The notes under the pieces are model-generated. The model saw only the letters and a program-made list of their open reading frames with translations, ran no database searches and was not told the origin of the DNA. DNA of 62,284 nt, counting the filler. It is 9 parts of 9 records of this genome, joined end to end, with 100 filler letters (N's around TTAATTAATTAA, not from the genome) between each part and the next. Parts side by side here need not be neighbours in the genome. Positions count along the whole stretch, not along the records: positions 5,167 to 13,416 come from SRR31156797_37283; positions 13,517 to 19,290 come from SRR31156797_37295; 7 more parts are not named here. The stretch is one strand, 5' to 3'. Shown piece by piece: positions 9,753-19,390 of the stretch. Within the stretch, counting starts at the first letter, position 1, and every line of letters starts with the position of its first letter. The position numbers were made by a program, and so were the translations under genes.

Positions 9753-10454
9753 GTGAGCAGTAGAAGGTTAAAAAAACAAATTTTACCGATGCTAGAGCAG
9801 CAGAGCCATGATGCTATCCAGAAGCATTTGCGGACGTTACCTGCCAAGGATGTGATCAATGTTCTGTTTTCTGCCATATGCAGAGAAGTGCCGAGGATTC
9901 GATGGGTGGCAATTCGCTGCATGGGAGAAACCGTGACACGTCTGGCTGAGGAGAATATGGAGGAGGCGCGGGTTATCATGCGTCGCCTCCTGTGGAGTCT
10001 TAACGATGAATCCGGCGGGATCGGTTGGGGCGCACCAGAAAGCTTGGCAGAGATTATGTGTCATCAAGCGCAGCTTGCAGAAGAATATTGTCATATGCTG
10101 GTTTCCTACATGCAGAAAGATGGGGATGAGCTACTGCAGGACGGTAATTTTCTTGAACTTCCTGCGCTGCAAAGAGGTCTTTTGTGGGGAGTGGGACGTC
10201 TTGCCGGAAGTCGTCCTGAACTTTTATCCACCAAGGTGTCTTTTAATGATGTGACTCCTTTTCTTTCCTCATCAGATCCTGAAATTTGCGGATTAGCCGC
10301 GAGAATTACCAGAAGTCTTGATATGATTGAAGCGAAATCGGATTTGGATAAACTTACGGGTGACAAGAGAGAGTTGCTTATATATGAGGATGGCCGACTG
10401 CAGGCCTTTACAGTAGGGGAGCTTGCTGGCTCAGCCCTGGAAGGGATGCAGTGA
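9753..10454 (+). CDS. DVU0298-family HEAT-repeat protein
   Basis: Signature MRRLLWSLNDESGGIGWGAPE...LQRGLLWGVGRLA. Confidence 0.85.
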   Translation: MSSRRLKKQILPMLEQQSHDAIQKHLRTLPAKDVINVLFSAICREVPRIRWVAIRCMGETVTRLAEENMEEARVIMRRLLWSLNDESGGIGWGAPESLAEIMCHQAQLAEEYCHMLVSYMQKDGDELLQDGNFLELPALQRGLLWGVGRLAGSRPELLSTKVSFNDVTPFLSSSDPEICGLAARITRSLDMIEAKSDLDKLTGDKRELLIYEDGRLQAFTVGELAGSALEGMQ

Positions 10455-10455
10455 T

Positions 10456-11715
10456 ATGGCAATGTTACCTTTTTCTACAGTAGCTTTTGTCCAGTTTACC
10501 ATTCAGGCAGGCCGTCCTGAGCAAAATTTACAAACTGTTACTGAGCTGCTTGAGCAAAATACTCTGGTAGGTCAGACGTTATTTGTTTTACCTGAGTTGT
10601 GGGCAACCGGATTTGATTATCCACGCACCGAAGAATTGGCAGCCCAAACGCCTGTATTCCTTGAGGCACTTAGAGTGTTGGCAACTCGCTATAGTGTTTT
10701 TTTTGCTGGTTCTCTGGCTGAGCAGGATTCGGGTGGAGGTCTGCCATACAATACCTTGTTTCTGGTTGGGCCCACAGGAGTAATCGGTCGCTTGCCTAAA
10801 CAGTATCTCTTTTCTGCCTGGCAGGAAGATAGCTATTACAGGCCCGGGCAAGATTGTGTCCCGATGGAAACAGAATGGGGGCCTGTCGGAGGGCTGGTTT
10901 GTTATGATCTGCGTTTTCCAGAGGTTGCTAGAGAACAAGCATTTTCTGGGACTTGTTTATTACTGGTTAGCGGTCAATGGCCGGCTGCGAGGCTTGATCA
11001 CTGGCAGGCACTGCTTAAGGCCCGTGCCATAGAAAACCAAGTGTATATAGTGGCGGCAAATGGGTGTGGAATGAGCGGTGAGATGGAACTTGCCGGTCAT
11101 TCCATGGTGGTGGCTCCGGACGGCACAGTAATACAAGAGGCTGGAGCGACTCCCATTATAGCCGGGGCAGAGCTGGATGCTGATTTTATTGACACAACTC
11201 GGCGTCGTTTTTGCCCTCCAGGAGAACGTCCCTGGCGGAAAAGTGATGAGCAGAAAATAGTCTCATTGCCAGTTTTGCAGAACACGCTCAGGTCCATAGG
11301 CCGGCAAGGCGGTAGGGTTGCATTTACCAACGGGTGTTTTGATATTTTGCATGCAGGCCATGTGAGCTATTTGGAGCAGGCCAGGTCCACTGCAGACTGC
11401 CTTGTTGTTGGGTTGAACAGTGACAGCTCGATAAGCAGATTAAAAGGACCTTCTCGTCCGGTGAACAGAGAACAGGATCGGGCCAGGGTGCTTGCCGCCT
11501 TAGGGTGCGTTGATTTTATAGTCTTGTTTGCTGACGATACACCCCTTGACCTGATCACAGCTCTTCTTCCAAATGTACTGGTTAAAGGGGCTGACTGGGC
11601 AGAAGATGATATTGTTGGTGGTCGGGAGGTAAAGGCGGCTGGCGGCAGGGTGGAACGTATTGCCTTTCAGTACGACAGGTCAACCACCAAGGTTATTGAA
11701 AAAATTCGTCAATAA
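10456..11715 (+). CDS. Fusion of a carbon-nitrogen hydrolase (nitrilase/omega-amidase fold) and D-glycero-beta-D-manno-heptose-1-phosphate adenylyltransferase (HldC/RfaE2)
   Basis: N-half LPELW, K, VCYDLRFPE, ARAIENQ; C-half FTNGCFDILHAGHVSYL, GLNSDSS, LVKGADW, STT. Confidence 0.9.
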   Translation: MAMLPFSTVAFVQFTIQAGRPEQNLQTVTELLEQNTLVGQTLFVLPELWATGFDYPRTEELAAQTPVFLEALRVLATRYSVFFAGSLAEQDSGGGLPYNTLFLVGPTGVIGRLPKQYLFSAWQEDSYYRPGQDCVPMETEWGPVGGLVCYDLRFPEVAREQAFSGTCLLLVSGQWPAARLDHWQALLKARAIENQVYIVAANGCGMSGEMELAGHSMVVAPDGTVIQEAGATPIIAGAELDADFIDTTRRRFCPPGERPWRKSDEQKIVSLPVLQNTLRSIGRQGGRVAFTNGCFDILHAGHVSYLEQARSTADCLVVGLNSDSSISRLKGPSRPVNREQDRARVLAALGCVDFIVLFADDTPLDLITALLPNVLVKGADWAEDDIVGGREVKAAGGRVERIAFQYDRSTTKVIEKIRQ

Positions 11716-11744
11716 AGTTTTTCTATTTATTATCTCTGCAAGGA

Positions 11745-11948
11745 GTGGTCAATATGACAACCATTAAAATAGACGGTATGAAGTGTCAACATTGTGTAAG
11801 CAGTGTGCAGAAAGGATTGGAAGCTCTTGAGGCTGTTACAGGGGTGCAGGTTGATCTCGAAGCCAAGGAGGCTCGCTTTGAGGGAGAAGTGGATCTGCAG
11901 CTAGTCAAAGCTGTCATTGCTGAAAAAGGGTTCTCTGTGGTGGAGTAG
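11745..11948 (+). CDS. Heavy-metal-associated (CopZ-like) chaperone
   Basis: 67 aa with the GMKCQHC metal-binding motif. Confidence 0.9.
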   Translation: MVNMTTIKIDGMKCQHCVSSVQKGLEALEAVTGVQVDLEAKEARFEGEVDLQLVKAVIAEKGFSVVE

Positions 11949-12036
11949 CTCTTGGGCAGGTGTTGTTCAATTTGTCCGGTGGGCTCAGTGGAAGTTCTTG
12001 GGGGCCTGACTAGTAGGCCGGCGGTGCACAAAGAAT

Positions 12037-12082
12037 ATAAAAGCGTGATGCTCAGTACACCTCCTAGCATTCACGCTTTTAT
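12037..12082. terminator. Bidirectional intrinsic terminator
   Basis: ATAAAAGCGTGA...TCACGCTTTTAT inverted repeat between convergent genes. Confidence 0.7.
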
Positions 12083-12109
12083 TTAATAAATTGGGAATGA
12101 GACGAGTAG

Positions 12110-13387
12110 CTATCGCATCAATCGGAAAATTTGGCGCATATCACGAAATGTGATCCAACCGTCATCGTCAAGGTCGCACTCTGCAAAGACTGATGCCGAC
12201 TGCCCGAGATATGGTCGCATCGCACTCATGTCTTTCCTGTTTACATCACCATCATTGTTTATATCTCCATGGATGGTATCTGCAAGATTTTCAACGTTAA
12301 TGTCAAACAGTGACGTGGTGCCGCTTACTTCATTTGCAACGGCCAGCATTGGGTTTCCTGTTGGACTGTCCAAAGCCGGAATAAACGCTATGCCTTCCGG
12401 ACCAAGGTCACCAGCAGTTCCAGCTTCCGGGTCACCAGTAAAGTTGCGGTTGTTGACGTATTGAATGAACTCAGGTGTCTCCGGGGTACTTACATCAAAC
12501 ACCATGATGCCGCCAATACGCTCCAGTCCAACAAAAACAAAATGCCGGCCCTTGATGATACCGTGAGTTACTCCTTCCGGCTCAGGGCCTTTATTGTCGC
12601 TTCGTTTATCGAAGTCGTCGTTGTCATCATTGCTGCTGTTAAAGTACTCCGGATAAACAGATGCAGTTATCTGCTCAAGCAGGTTGCCGCTGTCATACAC
12701 TTGTTTGAACTTCTTCTTTCTTTGCTTCCAAATGGAAAAAGACCTGGTTCCATAACTGTACAACTCATCGTGATCGCCATCATTATCCACATCACCCAGC
12801 GTGGTTGTAATACCAAGGCGGCCTAGATTGGCATTATCTTGGAGAGTTTCAGCATCAGTAAAGGCGTCAGGGTCAAGAATGAGATCTTTTACGCGTTCCT
12901 CTTCACTAAATCCATCATAATCGCGAGCATCACCTTCATTTGCGGTGATTATATAATTTTCGCCGTTAACAATAAAAGATGTTAGAGCATCTGGCTGGTA
13001 CATGCCAAAAAGGTTGGGCCATGATGTAATATTGATAGCGTCATCCTTGTCTGAAGCATCAAGCCCATTACCTGCAACGCTATGATCTTTGTATCCAAAT
13101 GATATTATTCTGGTAATGGTGTTGTTCCTCAGGCTAAGCTGGGCCATTGCGTTATTTTCCTGCAGACTGATCCACGCTGTGCTGGAATCAGGGGAAACAG
13201 CAATGTATTCAGGTTCAAAATCCTGAGCAGGAGTTGCCCCGGGACCAAAGACACGGATACCAGCTTTTTTCAGTTTTTTACCCCGTCTATTGAACTTGCT
13301 GAAATCTGCTGTCCGAACCCGAGCATTCTTGAGGCCCCTACTGATATCGATGATGGATACTGAACCTTCGGGATCTATTGTATAATC
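12110..13387 (-). pseudogene. Choice-of-anchor I family alkaline-phosphatase-like protein with C-terminal dockerin-like domain; 5' part separated by an insertion
   Basis: The frame extends upstream of the listed ORF (DYTIDPEGSVSIIDIS...DFEPEYIAV...LQENNA, ANEGDARD, RSDNKGPEPEG, GDLGPEG, NEVSGT). Family similarity stops abruptly at 13387, and an in-frame stop follows. Confidence 0.75.
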
Positions 13388-13416
13388 GTAACCGCCTAAA
13401 GAACCCCATCTTCAAC
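13388..13416 (+). mobile_element. Probable IS66-family terminal inverted repeat at the contig end
   Basis: GTAACCGCCTAAAGAACCCCATCTT starts exactly where gene similarity ends. IS66 ends begin with GTAA, and the contig breaks right after. Confidence 0.55.
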
Positions 13417-13516
13417 NNNNNNNNNNNNNNNNNNNNNNNNNNNNNNNNNNNNNNNNNNNNTTAATTAATTAANNNNNNNNNNNNNNNNNNNNNNNNNNNN
13501 NNNNNNNNNNNNNNNN
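13417..13516. other. Artificial contig linker
   Basis: N44-TTAATTAATTAA-N44. Confidence 0.99.
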
Positions 13517-13934
13517 ATTCGGACTTGCTGGTTTAAGAATAGGCTACGGGCTTATGCCGGCATGGCTAAAATCCCAGTATATGAAGATCGCAACACCTTT
13601 CAATGTAAGTCTGGCTGCTGTCAAAGCAGGCATTGCAGCACTTTCCGATAAAGAATATCTTGAAAATAGTATCTCTATGGTAAGAAATGGACGTGCTTTG
13701 CTTGCAGAAAACATTCCATTTAAAGTGCATGATTCCCAGGCAAATTTTGTGCTGGTGGATGTGGCTCCAATGGTAGCTGCGGATGTCGCAGAATCTTTCA
13801 TGAAGAAAGGTATTATTGTCAGGGATTGCAGGTCATTTAAAAATGCAGGTAATTCAATGATACGTGTCACTGTGGGGACTCAACAGCAGAATGAAAAAGT
13901 AGTTGAGGCCTTTAACGAAGTAAAGGCACAGTGA
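13517..13934 (+). CDS. hisC: Histidinol-phosphate aminotransferase (5'-truncated)
   Basis: [26 protein letters not shown] and IRVTVGT motifs. Confidence 0.88.
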
Positions 13935-14306
13935 TTAATACACTTTGTTAATTTTCATAAGTGGGTAGTCAAGTTCGGTGTCAAAAGCCATGCTGACATC
14001 CACTTTTGCACTTTTGTAGCTGGCAGTGATTTTTACATCCAGCATACGTCCTTCAAGTTCGCAGTATCCATACTCATTGTTTAGTTTTGAGCGTATCATA
14101 TCCCTGTTGATGGATACTTTAATGTTCTCTACACATGGTTGGACCGAAATGCTTTCCTGTACTGCTTTTTCAAGACTGTCAACGGTTCTGAGATTAACAG
14201 GCGAGCCAGTGAACTGGTGATAAAGCGCACCGAGTTTTATGCCTGCCTCAAAAAGAACATTATCCCTGTCAGTAATTGTTTCGCTTTCCTGCATGATCTT
14301 CCTCAT
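13935..14306 (-). CDS. mptD: Archaeal dihydroneopterin aldolase (DUF372)
   Basis: FEAGIKLGALYHQFTGSPV...YCELEGRML...YPLM family signature. Confidence 0.88.
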   Translation of the reverse strand: MRKIMQESETITDRDNVLFEAGIKLGALYHQFTGSPVNLRTVDSLEKAVQESISVQPCVENIKVSINRDMIRSKLNNEYGYCELEGRMLDVKITASYKSAKVDVSMAFDTELDYPLMKINKVY

Positions 14307-14974
14307 GTAGTGGTTTTGATAATAGGTGAAGCAACATATATTGCCATTATTCCTGACAATAAGGATGCCAGTAAGTGCGTGTATTCAATATTGACAATAT
14401 ATGAAACTATTGTTGCTGCAAAGATTAGTGTAAGTGGTATCAGTATTTGCTTATTTCTAACTTTCATATATGGGAAATCACTTATCATCAGAATGCCCAG
14501 TATCACTGCAATAGCAGCCATTACATATTCGTTAAAGAACTGCTCTCCCATAAGCAGGTATGAGCACATAACAATTCCACCAGCTGTTATTGGAAGCCCG
14601 CTAAATGAATTAAGCTCCGTGTGCATGGTGTTGAATCTTGCAAGTCTCAGTATTCCGCATATAAAGTAAAACGCAAGGGCTGGAAGTACTATGTACTGTA
14701 ACCCGTTTTCAACAATAGAATATGTGATAATCACAGGCGTTACTCCAAAAGAAATGACATCTGCAAGCGAATCAAGGTTTCCGCCTATTTCGCTTGATGA
14801 GAACTTTCTCGCAATATGTCCGTCAATGCCGTCTGCAACTGCAGCAATAAGCACCAGGATTGGTGCAAGATAAGTGAAATTGTCAATTACGATCAGAATC
14901 GCTATTACCCCACACAATGAATTAAGGAGAGTAACAAAATCCGGTAATTTCAAAGTATGGAGTATCTGGTTCAC
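14303..14974 (-). CDS. pssA: Archaetidylserine synthase (CDP-alcohol phosphatidyltransferase)
   Basis: DGIDGHIAR...GGNLDSLADVISFGVTP, RLARFN and FSGLP motifs. Confidence 0.92.
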   Translation of the reverse strand: MNQILHTLKLPDFVTLLNSLCGVIAILIVIDNFTYLAPILVLIAAVADGIDGHIARKFSSSEIGGNLDSLADVISFGVTPVIITYSIVENGLQYIVLPALAFYFICGILRLARFNTMHTELNSFSGLPITAGGIVMCSYLLMGEQFFNEYVMAAIAVILGILMISDFPYMKVRNKQILIPLTLIFAATIVSYIVNIEYTHLLASLLSGIMAIYVASPIIKTTT

Positions 14975-14979
14975 ATCCT

Positions 14980-15588
14980 TTATTTTATTCTGGCAATGAC
15001 AGTTTCACCGGCAAATACTCTGTCACCTTTTTTAATTGCAATGTCAAACTTCTCAGGAATTGTAACATCGACCCTTGATCCGAACCTGATCATGCCAAAA
15101 CGCTGTCCTTGTTTCATATAGTCTCCTTCCTGTACATAGGACACTATCCTGCGTGTGACTGTTCCGGCAATCTGGATAACCTCTACTATACCGTGTTCTG
15201 TTTCTATGAGTGTGTGGCTTCTTTCATTGCGATGTGAATCCTTGCAGAAAGCAGGAATATACCCACCTTTCTTGTGTTCAATCATGTGTACTTTTCCGTC
15301 AATGGGAGCCCTGTTGACATGTACATTCTGGAAGTTCATGAATATGCAGATTTTGCGACCTCGTATGTCGACGATTTTTCCATCTGCAGGCGAAAGCATG
15401 TAACTTTCATGTTCCTTTACTTCCCTTTCAGGATCCCTGAAAAAGAAAAAGAAGAATATAGTTACTGCTAGTGAAAGTAATGCAATTTCTCCTGTATGCG
15501 GTAAATTATACAAAAAATATGCAAGTGAGCTGAGCGCACCTACGGCGATGGATGTTAAAATCCAGGGAAAAGAACCTTTTGCAAGCAT
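14980..15588 (-). CDS. psd: Archaetidylserine/phosphatidylserine decarboxylase
   Basis: FFRDPER, SPADG, VHVNRAP and the pyruvoyl cleavage site FGSRVD. Confidence 0.93.
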   Translation of the reverse strand: MLAKGSFPWILTSIAVGALSSLAYFLYNLPHTGEIALLSLAVTIFFFFFFRDPEREVKEHESYMLSPADGKIVDIRGRKICIFMNFQNVHVNRAPIDGKVHMIEHKKGGYIPAFCKDSHRNERSHTLIETEHGIVEVIQIAGTVTRRIVSYVQEGDYMKQGQRFGMIRFGSRVDVTIPEKFDIAIKKGDRVFAGETVIARIK

Positions 15589-16404
15589 TTACTGGTTTCC
15601 TACTACTTTATAGAATAGCTTCTGAATGAACCTGCTGACCAATAGCCATACTCCTTCGATCAGATCTATGAGTTCAGGCAGGATGCGCATGACCGCGTAT
15701 GCTATTACGAATAATGCAATACCTGATCCTATCTTGGCGATAGTATGGTGGGCGATCTCAAAACTATTTGGGCCGAACCACTGGTATCCATAAGCTACAA
15801 TTACAAAAACATCTCTTATTATATTTAATATGTATATGACAGGTACTGATGCAATAAATGCGGCAGCCAGTCTTTTGACGGGTGCATTTACCGATGCAAT
15901 CAGTCCTATAAACATGGCTATACTTTCGATGGCAGTACATGCAAGGATGATCTGGACCTGATATCCATTAAGGGCTATTTTGTTCCATGCTGTCATTGTT
16001 GCCGGGATTCCAAGGGAATTCAACATCCAATATACATTATCTGTTACCTGGGAAATGATCCAGATGTTTAAGACTTCCATCTGTGCGAATGGGAAATAGA
16101 ACAGTGAACCCAGTGCGGTTGCACTTGTTGCCATGGTTGTTATGTCAGGAGCCGGGACTAAGCCTTCCCTGTACTCTTTGAGCATAGTGTATCCAATTAT
16201 GAGGCATACTATGCCCACGGCGATTACCAGAAATACATTGAAATAATCAGCAATTTCTATATAGTGTAGTGGCTGATAGAACCAGTGTAAGGAAAAAAAT
16301 CCCCAACCTGCTGCAGATACTGCTCTGCGTACTTTCATGCTCTTTGGCAGGACAGAGCCTGTAAGCATGAAAACAACTGCAATCCATAGGATATTCTCAA
16401 TCAT
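15589..16404 (-). CDS. artA: Archaeosortase A
   Basis: Multi-TM protein with ILACTAIES, NIIRDVF and FEIAHHTIAK motifs. Confidence 0.9.
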   Translation of the reverse strand: MIENILWIAVVFMLTGSVLPKSMKVRRAVSAAGWGFFSLHWFYQPLHYIEIADYFNVFLVIAVGIVCLIIGYTMLKEYREGLVPAPDITTMATSATALGSLFYFPFAQMEVLNIWIISQVTDNVYWMLNSLGIPATMTAWNKIALNGYQVQIILACTAIESIAMFIGLIASVNAPVKRLAAAFIASVPVIYILNIIRDVFVIVAYGYQWFGPNSFEIAHHTIAKIGSGIALFVIAYAVMRILPELIDLIEGVWLLVSRFIQKLFYKVVGNQ

Positions 16405-16470
16405 TTAAGCACACCTTTAATAGGTATGCCTTCTATATATTTGATGTAGTGTATTAAGTTTTTGTTCCTC

Positions 16471-16887
16471 ATGCGCCCTAAGACTCCCAAATTAACAGTT
16501 GATGCAGTAATCATATTGGACAAAAAGATCGTTCTGATCGAAAGAAAAAATCCTCCTTTTCAGGGTAAATTTGCTCTTCCAGGTGGTTTTGTAGATGTCG
16601 GCGAGACAACTGAAGAAGCTGTTGCGCGTGAAGTTATGGAAGAAACAGGTCTTGAAACAGAAATAGTTAAGTTACTTGGAGTATATTCAGAACCTTCGCG
16701 CGATCCTCGTGGGCATACTGTGAGCATAGTTTATATGGTACGGGGTGAAGGTGTTCCAAAGGCTGCTTCGGATGCACAGGGAGTGAATTTATTCGATCTT
16801 CTGGATATGCCGGAAATGGCTTTTGACCATAACTTAATAATAGATAATGCGAGAAGTGATATTTATGGAATTTTGTCCCGAATGTAA
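16471..16887 (+). CDS. NUDIX hydrolase
   Basis: Nudix box GGFVDVGETTEEAVAREVMEETGL; RDPRGH; AFDH. Confidence 0.92.
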   Translation: MRPKTPKLTVDAVIILDKKIVLIERKNPPFQGKFALPGGFVDVGETTEEAVAREVMEETGLETEIVKLLGVYSEPSRDPRGHTVSIVYMVRGEGVPKAASDAQGVNLFDLLDMPEMAFDHNLIIDNARSDIYGILSRM

Positions 16888-17179
16888 AAGTATGATGTTC
16901 CCTTCAGGTGGTTCCTTCAAGTGTAGAAAGTGTGGTTTTGAAAAGGGCAAACAGGAAGGTTCTGGTTCCCTTGTTTCTAAGGCCGAAAGGGAGAAGAGAG
17001 AGGTTACAGTGCTTGAGGGCAATGTGGATCAGGGACTTCCAACAACCACTGCCAGATGTGAAGAATGTGGTCATAACGTTGCATATTGGTGGTTGCGTCA
17101 GTTAAGGTCTGCAGATGAGTCAGAAACACGTTTTTTCAAGTGCACAAAATGTGGTTGTACCTGGCGTGAATATGACTGA
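16865..17179 (+). CDS. tfs: Archaeal transcription factor S (TFS)
   Basis: Two zinc ribbons (CPEC/CRKC, CEEC/CTKC) and the QLRSADE acidic hairpin. Confidence 0.92.
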   Translation: MEFCPECKSMMFPSGGSFKCRKCGFEKGKQEGSGSLVSKAEREKREVTVLEGNVDQGLPTTTARCEECGHNVAYWWLRQLRSADESETRFFKCTKCGCTWREYD

Positions 17180-17287
17180 TACTTTTGTATCTGTTATGTT
17201 CTGTGATCTCATAGGTTCTTAAAAGAAAACTTATATTACTTAGTAGATATAATGTCGTAAAAATTCAAATTATGGTGGCAAATCAAG

Positions 17288-18025
17288 ATGTTCAAGGCAA
17301 CGATTGACGCAGATATCTTAAAAACTGCAATTGAAACACTATCAGTTCTTGTTGATGAAGCAAGATTCAGGATATCTCCTGAAGGAATAAATGTTCGGGC
17401 TGTGGACCCTGCAAATGTGGCCATGGTCAGTTTTGAACTAAACTCAAGTGCCTTTGATGAGTTCAATGCAGATGATTGTGAGATTGGTATGGACCTTTCC
17501 AAAATAAACGACATTTTTGGCGTTGCAGGAAAGGATGAAAAAGTTGTCATGGAGCTTGATGAGATGTCCCAGAAGATGTCCCTGCATCTTGGCGGACTGT
17601 CTTACACCCTGGCATTGCTCGATCCTTCAACCATCAGGGCAGAGCCAAGAATTCCACAGCTTGAGCTTCCTGCTGAGGTTGTTCTTAATGGAAAAGACCT
17701 CCAGAGGGCTGTAAAAGCTGCTGAGAAGATCAGTGATCACATGTTACTTGGTATAGATGAGGATGTTTTCTATATGGAAGCCGAAGGTGACACCGATCGT
17801 GTGCGTCTTGATATGGCTCGTGATACGCTTATCGACCTTAAAACCGGCGAAGCACGTTCATTGTTCTCTCTGGACTACCTGTCGGATATAGTTAAGCCGG
17901 CATCCCGGTCCAATGAAATTACAGTCGAGCTTGGAAAGGATTTCCCTGTCAAGATAGGTTTCTCCATTGCAAACGGTTCAGGGAAGGTAGGTTATCTCCT
18001 GGCTCCAAGGATCGAATCTGATTAA
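17288..18025 (+). CDS. pcn: DNA polymerase sliding clamp PCNA
   Basis: AVDPANVAMV, FSLDYL and C-terminal YLLAPRIE. Confidence 0.96.
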   Translation: MFKATIDADILKTAIETLSVLVDEARFRISPEGINVRAVDPANVAMVSFELNSSAFDEFNADDCEIGMDLSKINDIFGVAGKDEKVVMELDEMSQKMSLHLGGLSYTLALLDPSTIRAEPRIPQLELPAEVVLNGKDLQRAVKAAEKISDHMLLGIDEDVFYMEAEGDTDRVRLDMARDTLIDLKTGEARSLFSLDYLSDIVKPASRSNEITVELGKDFPVKIGFSIANGSGKVGYLLAPRIESD

Positions 18026-18028
18026 TCT

Positions 18029-19093
18029 ATGGAAGAAAAGGACTTTGCCTTATATCCTTATATTTCCGGGGCATCAGTACATGTAAAAAGCCTCGGAGTC
18101 TCCCTTGATCGTCTGGTGACTTCAAGGGCAATGGATTCTGCACGTATACGCGGAAAAGAGCGTGTTTTGCAGGCCATTGAAGGTGAACTTACAAAACCAA
18201 ATATTTCAGCTTCAGATGAGCAGAAAATTCTGCTGGAGCTTCTTTCCTATCCATTTTCGCGGATACTTGTTTCATGTGTTGATGATTCTTTTCTTACCCG
18301 CAGGTATTGTCTTGCTGAGGCAGTTGCTTCGTACAAGCTGCTAAAAACCCAGGATCATGCTTTTTTCATGGAATTTGCCTCTGATTTCGGTGTTTATCCA
18401 GATGAAAGTGAGGCTGGTTTCAAGCTACATTTTACTTCATATATCAAAATGGCAAGTTCGCTCAAGGCAATGGAGTGGAAGCTTGTAAATCGCAAACTGC
18501 GACATGGGAATGTGAACGTCTCAAAGGAAGAGTTTGCCCGTTTGTTGCAGGAACTGATAAAATCCCGTGTTGAACTTAATCTTCCAATGCCGGTACCTGA
18601 AGAACTGGCCCTAGCCTGTGAGCCTTATCTTAAGGAGGTAAGAGAGGCTCTTGAAGAAAGAAAAAGTACTTTTGGGGAATCTGAGTTTGAGTCCGTTGAG
18701 ACTGATCTCTTCCCACCGTGCATAACCCATGCCATTGCAAACACACAGGCAGGTGTGAACCTTGCTCATTCTATGCGCTTTGCAATGACTGCTTTTCTGC
18801 TGACTATCGGTATGACTGTGGATGATATCATCAATATGTTTGCAACATCTCCTGATTTTGATGTTGAGAAGGCAAGGTATCAGGTGGAACACATTGCCGG
18901 TTCATCAGGTACACACTATAAACCACCTTCATGTTCAACCATGCAGACTTACGGCAATTGCTACGCTCCTGATGCAATGTGTAAAAAGATAAGTCATCCT
19001 TTGAATTACTACAGCCGCAAAGTCTGGTTTAAAAAAAGGGATGCACAAAGACCGGTTGGGGCAAGCGTTGCAGAAAAAGCAACTGGTGAATGA
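18029..19093 (+). CDS. priL: DNA primase large subunit
   Basis: FPPCI, NLAHSMRF, YQVEHI, YKPPSCSTM...C...C..ISHPLNYY Fe-S motifs. Confidence 0.94.
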   Translation: MEEKDFALYPYISGASVHVKSLGVSLDRLVTSRAMDSARIRGKERVLQAIEGELTKPNISASDEQKILLELLSYPFSRILVSCVDDSFLTRRYCLAEAVASYKLLKTQDHAFFMEFASDFGVYPDESEAGFKLHFTSYIKMASSLKAMEWKLVNRKLRHGNVNVSKEEFARLLQELIKSRVELNLPMPVPEELALACEPYLKEVREALEERKSTFGESEFESVETDLFPPCITHAIANTQAGVNLAHSMRFAMTAFLLTIGMTVDDIINMFATSPDFDVEKARYQVEHIAGSSGTHYKPPSCSTMQTYGNCYAPDAMCKKISHPLNYYSRKVWFKKRDAQRPVGASVAEKATGE

Positions 19094-19119
19094 TTAATTT
19101 TTAGTTAAAAAGAAGCTAA

Positions 19120-19137
19120 GGGAGGATGATTCCTCCC
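19120..19137. terminator. Short hairpin between convergent genes
   Basis: GGGAGGA-TGAT-TCCTCCC. Confidence 0.4.
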
Positions 19138-19290
19138 ATGTGTTTACTTTGCCTTAACATTGGTTGAGTTTCGTTCTGTGACTTCCATAATTATAATTTT
19201 ATGGTGGGGTTATTCCACATGGTTCAAGATTTATAGTGAAATCAGTTCCATGTACTGTTATGTCTCCAGCTAACGTTTTAATAGTTGCCG

Positions 19291-19390
19291 NNNNNNNNNN
19301 NNNNNNNNNNNNNNNNNNNNNNNNNNNNNNNNNNTTAATTAATTAANNNNNNNNNNNNNNNNNNNNNNNNNNNNNNNNNNNNNNNNNNNN
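19291..19390. other. Artificial contig linker
   Basis: N44-TTAATTAATTAA-N44. Confidence 0.99.

Noticed and set aside
19199-19290. Minus-strand reading-frame remnant (...ATIKTLAGDITVHGTDFTINLEPCGITPP*)
   Set aside because: Too short and truncated by the linker to assign.
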